The notes under the pieces are model-generated. The model was not told the origin of the DNA and made no database searches. It saw only the letters and a program-made list of their open reading frames with translations. Below are positions 39,801 to 51,400 of a stretch of DNA of 64,000 bases, piece after piece (position 1 is the stretch's first letter; every line of letters starts with the position of its first letter). The position numbers and the translations under genes are program-made. Origin of the DNA: Geosiphon pyriformis uo1 (Eukaryota > Fungi > Glomeromycota); assembly GCA_016748015.1 (NCBI GenBank), contig JAAOMT010000675.1, positions 310,001 through 374,000 of the forward strand, given 5' to 3'.

Positions 39801-40296
39801 TGTCTTCCTTGACATGGCATCATTCATGTCATCGTTCAAACCTGAAACATCTGACTCTGCATAGCTAGTTTCCTTAGCGACGACGTTTTCCAAGTTATCC
39901 AAGTCCGAGACGCTACTTACGCTGTCCACTTTGCTGTTGACCTCACTAGCCCACGATTGCCCAATATTAGGTCCATCACCACTTTCATCCATAACACTCG
40001 AGACACCAGCAGATGACTCCACCAAACTGTCAACCACTACAGGTTTCTTTGGCTTCTTATAGGACGCACTGCGAGATTGAGGACCAACCGAATGCTTATT
40101 TTTGACACCAGACTGGGTCCCCAACCCAGCCAAAACGGACCCAGAACCACCAGCAGCAAAGCCCACCGGTTCCATAGCCACAAAAAGGGGAATGTCTGAA
40201 GAAATAACTGAAGAAAGGTGAAGGAGAAAGGGAAAATGAAGGCTATTTCAGTGATGACTCAAAACTCTCGTTGTGACCAGGGGATCAACAAAAGAT
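36834..40296 (-). mobile_element. 3'-truncated LINE (copy D): 5' UTR, ORF1 (1-bp deletion at ~39275), APE domain of ORF2; inserted in an old Gypsy LTR
   Basis: 36996-39439 is nearly identical to copy A 22942-25388. ORF2 is open for 469 aa and breaks after PEEVKSSVD. Confidence 0.93.
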
Positions 40297-40805
40297 TTTA
40301 ATAGTATTCCTTTTATTAATAATATAAACTATTTTTTTACTTTGAAATTTTTTTATAATCTTATAAAAAAAATAACATTAAAATATTTATAAAACTAATT
40401 TTATATATTGAATTTTTATTAATTTGATTTGTTTTGTTTATTAAAGTTTAAATTATTTTTTTATTATTTTTATTATTATATAAGAACAATTTTTTGTTAT
40501 TTATTAATATGTTATATTTAATTATAGCATAAAAGTAATTTTTTTTGTAAAATATTTATATTTTTAAATTATCTATTATTATATAAATAATTATTTTTTT
40601 AATATAAAAAATCCAAAATTATTCTATAATACATAATTAAAACAATTTAATTTATTTTTAACTTAATTTATTTTATTTTATCTTATTTGTTTTTTAATTA
40701 AAAACAATTTAATTATCAATTTTAAGATTTTGAAATTGGTATTTAATTAATTATTTAACAAAAATTTATTTTGTATATATTATTTATTTTTTTGATCAAA
40801 CATAT

Positions 40806-41446
40806 TGTTATGAGTTGGAGTAACAAGCTAATGGATAGCAAAAGAGAACAGAATTGTAGAGTAATGAAAATAATCAAAGGGAATTTCAACTTTAAAGAGC
40901 AAATTGAATGAGTATGAATTCAATATACGAGATCAGTCTCATAAAATATTTCAGTCACTATTCTTTTCAAAGATAACTGGGGAATCTGAAGGTAGAGAGA
41001 TAGTCTGTACTGTCAACAATTGATCACTACTGGTATAATTTTATGTCTCACATTAGCACTCTTAGAATTCAATATCAGATATCAACTTGTGCTTTTTAGT
41101 CATGTTTATTCAAATAATTTTCAAATGCTACAATTATATATGTCAGGAAAAGACCAACAAATAATCTTTTATCTTTAAGATGTTCAAATACTTGAAGGTA
41201 AGGAAAGAGAAATTAGTGATAAGAAAAGAATTGAGATGAAAGTTGTTGTTTTATTTATTCTTGATTATTCAGATGCTTATTATTATATGCTTTTTTACAG
41301 CTAAGAGATTCATTACTTATATAGTTATCAAAAGTGGTCAATGATCAGATCAATAATCACTTTCTAAAAATAGTGTGGCTAATCATATGACATTAGTGGC
41401 TAATATATGTGATAATTAATAAAAGGTATAGGTCTCAACCATAACA
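40806..41446 (-). repeat. 3' LTR (641 bp) of the young Gypsy
   Basis: Collinear with 47690-48414 except for 7 fewer 12-bp units; preceded on the minus strand by the PPT gaagaggatga. Confidence 0.95.
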
Positions 41447-42117
41447 TCATCCTCTTCAAAGAGATTGAGCTCTGGTGAAATCAAGCTATTTATAGTGTAA
41501 TCTATTTGAAGAGTTTTATCTAACTCAAAGCTAACTAATTTATTAAAGTCTTTTATAGATAGAATGTATAATACTTGAGGTGAAATGAGTTTTGTATCCA
41601 AGAGACCAAATCTTTGTATTAGAGTTTTGGCTCTTTTAGCAATGGTTAAAACTCTTGGAACATCTAATCATATAATGCCCAAAATTTCTGCCTGTATCTC
41701 TGAAGTTGTTTTCTTTATAAGCTTCATGTCATCTATGATTTCACCAAGGTGACCATAGAGCTCTAGTTGTCTTCCATATAACAAGTTTTTGTCTATGGGT
41801 AAGATTTTTTTAATTGTTTTTCCAAGTGTAGTGGAAGATATGAATATTGCTGCTGTTATACTTTCTAGCAGATATTTATCCATTTTGCTACCAATTCTTT
41901 CTCTTCTGGTAGTTGTTTTCTTTGGTCTAATAACAGTATGTGTTCCACTGTTATCAATTATGGTGGTCTGTTTTTCAATAGTCAAAGTAGCATTTGGATA
42001 GTTTTTAATCCAATACTCATGGAGAGTATAAAAAGCATTTTGAATGTTTTGATCCAAAAAATAATTGTTTATGTCAATTGAAGATACCTCTGTTTTGGAA
42101 ATAGTGCATTTATTTAT
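41416..42117 (-). pseudogene. Gypsy ORF3 (~233 aa, unknown function) in the env position; one internal TGA, probable ATG>ATA start
   Basis: ORFs 41668-42057 and 41416-41601 are in the same frame, separated only by the TGA at 41668-41670. The frame is open upstream to 42129. A homologous remnant lies at 52146-52688. Confidence 0.7.
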
Positions 42118-42173
42118 ACTTGATTTTTGTTAATCATTTGAGTTAGTATTATCACAACAGACAACCAATCAGA

Positions 42174-45100
42174 TCATTTGTGATATTTCTTGAGTTGCAT
42201 GCCATGAACAGGTCGATTATTAAAGATTGTTCTGGATTGATCTTGAAGAATATAAGAACCATTGTTCAAAACTTTGTTGACTATAAAGAGTTCTTTCCAC
42301 CAGCTAGAGAATTTATCACCATAGATATTGTTTCTGTCTAAATGGTATTCTAATACCAAGTCACCAACACTTAAAGAAAGTGTTTTATAGGTTTTCTTCT
42401 TTTTAAGCTTTTCTTGAAACTGTTTTATCTTTTCAAAAAGTATTGTCTTAATATCAGTTTCTATTGGTAGTGTTGCTATGCATCTATACAGCAGATAAAA
42501 AGGTTCATAACTTGTTATGTCATAATTCACAGTTCTATAAGCAAATAAAGCTAAAGGCAGTATTTTGTCCCATAAGTTTGTTTCTTTATTTGTTTTGGCT
42601 AGAGTTTCACATAGTGTTCTATTAAAACATTCCACTAAGCCATTTGTTTGGGGGTAATAAGGAGAGAAAAGTTTGTGACGTATTCCCATTTTTCTATAAA
42701 GTTCTTTAACCAATGTACTAAAAAAGACTCTTTCTCTGTCAGATAAAAGTTCTTTGGGGCAGCCATAACAACAAATGATATCTTTATAAATGAAATTGGT
42801 GATTGAGACTGTTGTTTGATCTGGAGTGGCTCTTGCTTCTACCCACTTTGTAGGATAGTCAGTAGCTGTAATAATGTATCTATTGCCATTAGGAGTTACT
42901 GTTAAAAGTTCAACAACATCTATACCAATTCTGTCAAATGGTTGACCAATAGAGATTGGATGGATATTTTCCTTTTGATTGGGTTTTCTTTTTCTTTGGC
43001 AGGTGTTACAGGTTTTGATGTATTCAGCAATGTTTTTTCTCAAGGTAGGCCAATAATAGCAAGCTAAAGTTTTCTGAATTGTTTTTGTTTTTTCAAAGTG
43101 TCCAGTTAATGGATTAGTGTGCATATTGTAGATTACAATTTCTCTTTCTTCAAATCTAATGACTCTCTGAAGGTGGTCAGGATCTTTTCTATTTCTTTTA
43201 TATAACTGGTTCTGGCGAATTAAATAGAAATTTGATTGTTTGCGCAAATGTTCTCTTTGCTGTCGAGTATAGTCTGGTGAGTATTGTCCTTTACCCAAAA
43301 ATTCCATTAAGGCTGAGTAGTTGTCCAAGTCTATTATTGTGTTTGTTTGTGGAGAAGTTACTAATAATTAGGTTGGTTTGGTTTGAAAGGGTTGTACTAT
43401 CACTGGATGGTAAGTCTGGAAAGAGTATCAGCGTTTTGATAATTAGCTCCTTTATGGTGTTAAATGTCATAGTCAAATTCATCCAAGTGGAGTATTCAGC
43501 AAGTTATCTGTTTATGTTCTAAGTTCCTTTTGTTGCATAGCCAAACTAAAGCTTGGTGATCTGTTACCACCAAAAATTTCACACCTTTAAGATATTTATC
43601 CCAGTAGCTGGTAGCCCAAACTACTGCTAAGTATTCTTGCTCAGTAACTGAGTAATTCTGTTCTGCTGGTGTGAGGGTTCTACTGGCATATGCTACGGCA
43701 TGTTTTCTGCCATCTTCATTTTTCTGGGAGAGAACAGTACCAAGTCCATAGTCAGATGTATCAGTGTGGAGGATAAAAGGTCAATTCAAATCAGATTGCA
43801 TAAGGATGGGTTCTATAACCAGTTTTTCCTTCAGAATTTTAAAAGCTTTTTGTTAATAAGTGCCTTAATAATAATTGACATTTTTCCTGAGTAGCTGATT
43901 GAGAAGAGCAGTGATTTTAGAGAAGTCTTTGACAAATTTGCAATAATAAGAGGCCAAACCAAGGAAAGAGTGCAGTTCATGAACATTCATTGGCTGTTTA
44001 ATGTTCTGGACTTTTTTTATTTTGGCTGGATCAGGGAAAATTCCATCTTTTGTAATAAGATGGCCAAGGAACTGGGTGAATTGATGTCCAAAGAAAGATT
44101 TGATTGGGTTGATCTTAAGGCCAGCATTTCTGAGGAGGTCAAAAACCTTTTGTAAGTGTTCAAAGTGTTCATCCCAGGTTTTTAAGTATACCATTATGTC
44201 GTCCAAATAGACTAGAACAAAGTTTTTTTTTACTGATTCAAATACTTTGTCTATTAAGCATTGAAAGGTGGGAGAAGCATTTGTGAGACCAAAAAGCATG
44301 ACTGTGAATTCGTAGGTGCCATACTTGGTGATAAAGGTGGTTTTCTTTCTGCTTTCTGGATCTATCTCTACTTGCCAGAATTCAGCAGTTAAGTCAATGG
44401 TTGAGAAGAAAGTGGCACCATAGAATTGGTCTAACATTGTATCAATCTTGAGAAGTGGATACATGTCTCTTTCAGTGATAGCATTTAATTGGCGATAGTT
44501 AACACAAAAGTGTAGAGTTCTTTCTTTTTTGGATACCACTACAACTGGAAATGCCCATTCACTCTTGGTTTCTTGTATGAATCCAAGGTTTTTTATTCGG
44601 GTTATTTCTTTTTTGATAAACTCATCATTGCGTCAATTTGATTAATAGGGTTTCAAATGGATGAAATAAGTTTCTCTGGTAATAATAGTGTGTTGTATCA
44701 CATGTATATGTCCAGAAGGTTCACCTTCTTTTGAGATAACTGAGCTGTTTCTAGCCAGCAGGTTTTCAATGTCTATCTTTCTTTCTTCTGGGGAGAGTTC
44801 TCTTTGTTTTACAACCAGTGATTAGATTTCAGGTGGTTCATTCTCAAAGAACTTTTGGACTTCTTTTATTTTTTCACGGGGTATCAAGCTGATTGGTTCC
44901 CAATCTTTGTAATAAATCAGACAAAACATGCATTCATCACTGGGGAAATACAATGGTTTGTCACACCAGCACCAGGCACAAGAGCCATGCCACCAATAAC
45001 TGTATTTGGCTTTCTTGTCTGGCTTTCTGTTAAAAGTTCTTCTGAGCATGTCATAATAGGGCCAGTAGATCAGCTTATCATTGACAATAATTCCTTCTTT

Positions 45101-47637
45101 ATCTGCTTTGACATTATCCAGAGGCTTGCCATTGCTGATGAAGATGGTGTAGGCAAGTTTAGTATCTTCTTTTTGTTCTTCTTGTTGTTCTTCTTTTTCA
45201 CTCTCTTTATCATTTAATTCATCTGATTGTCCTTCTTTTGGGCTTTGCTTGGGTACTGGGGGAGTTGTCCAATGTTAACACTTAACCACAATAGGTTTCT
45301 TGCCATATCTGATGGTTAGCTCATAGAGTTTATAGTTGAGTAAGGCTTTTGCTTTATTTAGCCATTCATTGCCAACAATAATAGTATATTCTTTAGCTTC
45401 AGATACTTTCATGTCAGTTTCAATGCTGATGCTATTAATGCAAACAGAAATAGCTTTGGCTATGCCAAGACCTTTCTTCTTGTCATCATGTACATTAGTT
45501 ATTGGTTATGTAGATGGTTCATTAATCTTTTTGCCAATTGCTTCAAGGACGTGTTTGGCAATAACACTAACAGATGATCCATTGTTTAGGATCAAGTCAA
45601 TGAAGTAGCCAGCCACTTGGGCTTTGCAAATGAAAGGGGTAACATTGCTGTTGTCAGCAAGTCCAGTTTGGCAAGGGCGCTTGTTGGTCTTTAGTGTTTT
45701 CTTCTTTGGAATTAGAGATTTGTGAAAATTTTTTCTGAATTGTGGATGGGTCATTAACTGGCCAAAGGTTATATGTGCTGGAGTTTCCATGAGGTTTTTA
45801 ACAACAGAATAGGTGTCAGATTTTTGTACTATTTCTGGGGGTTCCAACTTTGGAGGGTTCTTGAAAACCTTGGCTTTTGGTGGTTTATTGTTATCAGCAA
45901 TTGATGTAGAAGCTTTATTGGGGTCCAAAATGAAATCAATCTTGGCTTTTTTCTTCTTTCTTGTTGAGTCTGAGGGGTTGATAGCTAGTTTATTTATGTT
46001 GTGATCATCATCAGTTAAGTTAAAAGTGTAAAAAGGGTTTTCTTCTGGTTGGCTTGTACTTTTACCTTTTGGAGGTGCACTTATTAGTTTAAAGGCTGAT
46101 AAACAGTGGCTTCAACCAGGGGATCCTCTCCAAAGAAATTGATGTTGGCATGGTTAGGTCTTTGATTGGAAATATTATTATTGTTGTTGGGTTTATTGTT
46201 CTGGGTATCGTTGTTTCTAAGAACTGGTAGAGGCAGTAAAGGATTGTTGCAATCTCTTGAAAAGTGTCCAGTTAATCCACAGCAATAGCACACAGGTGGG
46301 CCACAATTTTGTTGTCTTTGATAAGGGGGCTGTTGGGGCTGATTAAAGCGTGGTTCAAATCTGGGTCTTTGGGGCTGTTGATTTTCTCTAACTGCTTGGG
46401 CTAAGAGTTCTAGTAACCAGGCAAGATTTGCTGTAAGTCTGTCTATTAATTGTTCATTGGGGTCTTGGATATGAGTAGCAAAAGAGGTAGCAGCCATTTG
46501 TAGAGCAGAAGTTATAACAGAAGCAGAAGCAAAAACTGGGAGTGTAGATCCCAAATGCATTTGCTGGTTGTCTTCAATTTATTGGGCAAGTTCAATAACC
46601 ATATCCATTATGGGATTATCTTTGAGAGCCAGGAGGGGCCAAAAAGCATATGACAGATCAGTTCTCAATTCTTTTGTAAAAGAATGAATCTTTTGTTCTT
46701 CTGTCTAATTCCTTCCAAAGTCTACCTATTTGATTAGCTTTTTGATAGCTTTGGCATATTCAGTCACTACTTCTCCAGGGCCTTGGGTTCTTCTTTCCAA
46801 TTCCATGTGCCATTTGGATATTAATATTGGGGTTCTGAACTTGGTCTCAAATCAGATAATAAAAGAGGTATTTTTTTCTCCAGCATTGATTGGTGTTCAT
46901 CTAATTATTCGGTAATGAGCATTGGCATCTGTTTCTTGTGAGAACCAGATAGCAGAAGAGCCTTGGAGGTAGCCACCAAGAATTTGGAACTTGTATTTAT
47001 TATCATATTGGTTGGCTGTGGCAGCTCTCTCAAAGTTATCCAACCATTCAATTAGATCTTGTGCATCGCCTCTAAATAATGGTAATGGGGTGTTGTTTCT
47101 TCACCCTAAAGCAGTTTGTATACCTTGGAGGGTGGCCAAAATGTTTGCTTGCATGGGGTCAACAGCCATTGGTTCTGGGGTAACTGTTTGTGTGGAATGA
47201 TCTGATTCACTTGAGAAGGGATCAAAAACAGAAGCAGTTTAATAGCTTTTTTCTTCTGTTTTAAGAGAAGTTTCTGTTGATTGATGGGCAGCAATCCAAA
47301 TGTGGATTTGATGATTCAGATATTCAAAATTAGGGGGCTGTTGTTCAAAAGTTGCAGAATATAAAAGCTGATTGATACTGTTGTTTCTTCCTTCAAAGTC
47401 ATCTTCAAAATAAGCTTGGTCAAAGTAATAGATTGTATAAACTGTGTAGGTTTCAGCTGAATGTTTGTTTAAAAACCAGTTTCAAAAGTTTTGGAATTGT
47501 CTGTTGGATTGTTTTTCAATAGGGAAGCAAATCAAGCAGAAGGGCAAAGGATTGAGTTCAATAAAATCTAGATCATTTTTGTTGTGTGCTTTAAAGTGTT
47601 CTTCTGATTGTTGTGGCAGGTATGAATAATCACCCAT
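42174..47637 (-). pseudogene. Gypsy gag-pol (inactivated by stops and frameshifts)
   Basis: Gag knuckle CYCCGLTGHFSRDC; protease LILNNGSSVSVI (from D-S-G); RT FCVNYRQLN...VYLDD; RNase H at ~43500-43800; integrase H...H...CNTC, IGIDV, LSDRE, PQTNGLVE, and a GPF-type C-terminus with no chromodomain. Confidence 0.93.
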
Positions 47638-47666
47638 ATAATAGAAAACAAAGTGGATTTTGACAA

Positions 47667-47683
47667 CCTTACAGAGAGCACCA
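47667..47683 (-). promoter_or_regulatory. Primer-binding site TGGTGCTCTCTGTAAGG
   Basis: Begins with TGG (complement of the tRNA CCA end) 6 nt inside the 5' LTR. Complementary to a tRNA ending ...GAGAGCACCA; elongator-Met-like by recollection, not verified. Confidence 0.8.
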
Positions 47684-47689
47684 CTTTTA

Positions 47690-48414
47690 TGTTACGAGTT
47701 GGAGTAACAAGCTAACAGATAGCAAGGGAGAACAGGATTGTAGGGTGATGGAAATAATCAAAGAGAATTTCAACTTTAAAGAGCAAATTGAATGAATATG
47801 GATTCAATGTGTAAGATTAGTCTCATAAAATATTTCAGTTGCTATTCTTTTCAAAAGTAACTGGAAAATTTGAAGGTAGAGGGATAGTCCATACTGTCAA
47901 CAATTGATTACCACTGGTATAATTTTATGCCTCACATTAGCACTCTTAGAATTCAATATCAGGTATCAACTTGTGCTTTTCAGTCATGTTTATTCAAATA
48001 ATCTTCAAATACTACAATTATATACGTCAGAAAAAGGCCAACAAGTAATCTTTTATCTTTAAGATGTTCAGATACTTGAAGATAAAAAAAGAGAAATTAG
48101 TGATAAGAGAAAGATTGAGATAAAAGTTGTTATTTTATTTATTCTTGATTATTCAGATGTTTGTTATTACATGCTTTTTTACAGCTAAGAGATTTATCAC
48201 TTATATAGCTATCAAAAGTGGTCAATAATCAGGTCAATGATCAGATCATTGATCAGGTCATTAATTAGGTCAATGATCAGGTCAATGGTCAGGTTAACAG
48301 TCAGATTATTGATCAGGTTAATGATCACTTTCTAAAAATAGTGTGACTAATCATATAACATTAGTGGCTAATACATGTAATAATTAATAAGAGGTATAGG
48401 TTTCAACTATAACA
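47690..48414 (-). repeat. 5' LTR (725 bp) of the young Gypsy, with a 9 x 12-bp array at 48220-48327
   Basis: TGTTACG...TATAACA termini; adjacent PBS; ggtcaatgatca-type units. Confidence 0.95.
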
Positions 48415-51400
48415 ATATTTTGAAAAAAAATTTAAAATCAGAAATAATTATATTAATTAATTAATATTTTTAGTTAATTTTTTTTTAAATTTTAAATTTT
48501 AAATTAATAAATCTATAATTGAATAACTAATTGTTAATTAACCAAAATCTTTTTAAAAATTAAGAACAAAAAAACTATTAAACAATCTATTTTTGATTTT
48601 TTTAAGTAATTTAGACTTTTTATTCTGAATACTAACTTCTATTATGGCCCAAAATAAAGCAAACAGTTTGTTTGTTCTTTAAAGCATTGAAACTATTTTA
48701 AGTTATTAAAATATAAGTTATTTATCTTTATTTTAAAAAAATTTTCAAAATCTTATAAATAGTTTAAAAACTTTAAAAAAACTGTTATAGCAAATTAATA
48801 CAACAATAATTATAAGTTTTAAATAGTTGGAAAATATTTTCAAGAATTTTTTGCTGTATAATTTACTTAAAAAACTGTTTAACAATTATCTAATAGTTTT
48901 TTAAAAATGTTAGCCAAAATACAACTATTTTTATTACTGAATTTAAAAAAAATTTAAAATGATAATATTAATATCAAAATAAAAAATAGTTATTAAATAT
49001 GACAAAATAATTTGAAAATTAATAAAATAAGTAAATTCAGAAAAAAATTAAACCAAAAAACAAAAGATATATTTTTTGACAAAAAAATTAAAAACGAATT
49101 TATACTATGTTTTATGGTTTTTTGTTATTAAAAATAATTTAACTTTAAATACAACAGTAGAAATAGTTTAATACATAAAAAATAAATAAAAAATATACTA
49201 AAAAATATTTTTTTATTTTATATAACCAATATAGTTTTTATTTTAATTTTACAAATAGCTATTATATTATTTACTACTTATATTTAGAACTTTAATAAAT
49301 ACTTAATTGATAAATTAACAACAAATTTTTGCAAAACTTTTAGAATTTTTGGTTCAAATTATTTAAAAAAATCAAAAAATTTTAAGATCTTAATACTAAT
49401 CTTATTATAATACTAGCCAAATTTATATTAAATTCTTTGGAGAAAATTTTTTAATTAAAGCAATTGAATATTAATTTTTAAATTAATAAATACATCTTTT
49501 AAAAGTAAAAATACAAATAAAAAATACCTTATTTAATTTTAATTTAATTAGCAATAGTATAAAACTATAAGAATAAAGTAGCAAATTATCAAACAATATA
49601 AATTCTAATACAACAGTTTTAATAAATAATAATAAGAATAAAACACCAAAATTAAAATTATTTAAAGTTAAAATCATCAGAAATTATTTAAAATCAGATT
49701 TTTATTTAATAATTTAAGATTTAATAAAAACTTTAGCTTATATTACTTTTAATTAGCTTATAATTCATTTATAATTTTAAAAAAAATTTTAAAAATTATT
49801 AATATTTAAAAAAACAGTCTAAAATTAATAAATATTCTTAATAAACAATTTTAATTATTAATAATAATAATATTTTTTTTATTTACAAAGTTCAAGTATT
49901 TGAATTTAATAATAAATAATAGTTTTTTAGTTAATATAATAATCCAATATTTTTTAAATACAATTGAAAAAAGTTAACAAATTATCAATTAAACTAATAA
50001 TTAACATTATAGAAACAAAAAAAAACTTAGAAATTCTTAAAGCTGTTTCTGTTTAAATTAATAATTTATGTATTAAAATTGATATAAAAATATTAAAAAC
50101 AAAAAATTATACTATAATTATCGGAAACAAATAATTAAAGAAAGCCAAGACTTTTTTTAATTATTAGTTTTGTAAATTTATTATAGTTAAGTATTGATAT
50201 TAAACAGTATTTCTAGAAATAGCTTAGTAGCAATATTAATAATAAAGCCAAAATGACAATAATTTCAATAATTCTAAAGACTTTAAAAAAATAAATAGAA
50301 AAAAAAGCAAAATTAGTTTTTATTATTTTTAGCAACAATAAAAAACTTATAAATAATATATAAACAAACAATTAAAATTTTGTAGTTAATAAAAAACTTA
50401 TTTATTGGTTTTATTACAAAATATTCAAAAAAATATTTAGACAATAACCAAAAAAAAAGTAAAATAGATCTATTAATAACTTAATTTTTATGCCTAATGC
50501 TAATGTAATTATCTTTTTTATTTTTTAAATAATAAATACAAATTATGTTTAATTTTTTTTAAAGATTGAAAACCAATTAATTTAATTTTAACAAAAAAAT
50601 CAAAGCTATACAAAAAACATTCAAAAAAAAGTATTAAAGTCTAATTATTAACAATAATAAAAAAAAACCTAATAAAAAAATCAAAAAATTAATAATAAAA
50701 ATTTATTAGTCAGAAATAAGTTAATAATAAAAAAAAACATTTTGGCCAAACAAATTTTATTTAATATGTAATTATAACCGAAAATATCTGATTTATCTAT
50801 TTGAAATCTTATTAATTAAATTGCCAAAATAATAAGTTTATTAAAAAAATAAATCTCATAAAAAACTTGAATTTATACAAGAAACCAAAAATAAATAAGC
50901 ATTTTTAGTCGTAATAATATCCAAAAAAGAAAAAAATTATGATTTTGTATTGATTAATACTAATTAAATATAATTACCAAACAAAATATGTATTTATTTC
51001 TAAATATTAACAATATTCTTAATTAATTTAAAAACTTAACCTATTTTACAACAATTAATTTAACTGTTAAATTTTAACAAATAAAAATAAATTTTGTTAA
51101 CAAAAAAAAAAGTATTTATTACAATGTTTTTTGAATTAATAAATATTCTATCTATTTTTTAAAAATTTAATAATCAAAGTATTTAACTCAGAATATTAAA
51201 AGTTTATTTTAATATATTTTAATAATATAAATATTTAAATCATTTGTTAAAAAATTTTAATTTTTTTAGAAATACCAGATTCAAGATTAATCTAATCAAA
51301 TAGTTTTTCAAATAACAATTCACTTAGTTCCTAAGTTATCTTATAATAAAAATAGAATTTTTTTAGACTTTGCCAAAATAAAAAAAATACAGAAGCTTAA

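Larger units (their letters stand above)
40806..48414 (-). mobile_element. Full-length Ty3/Gypsy LTR retrotransposon with two LTRs, PBS, PPT, an extra 3' ORF and a 4-bp TSD (ATAT)
   Basis: LTRs at 40806-41446 and 47690-48414 (TGTTA...TAACA). ATAT at 40802-40805 and 48415-48418. Domain order gag-PR-RT-RH-IN. Confidence 0.96.

Noticed and set aside
48220-48327. CRISPR-like array
   Set aside because: Contiguous 12-bp units with no spacers, inside a eukaryotic LTR; no cas genes.
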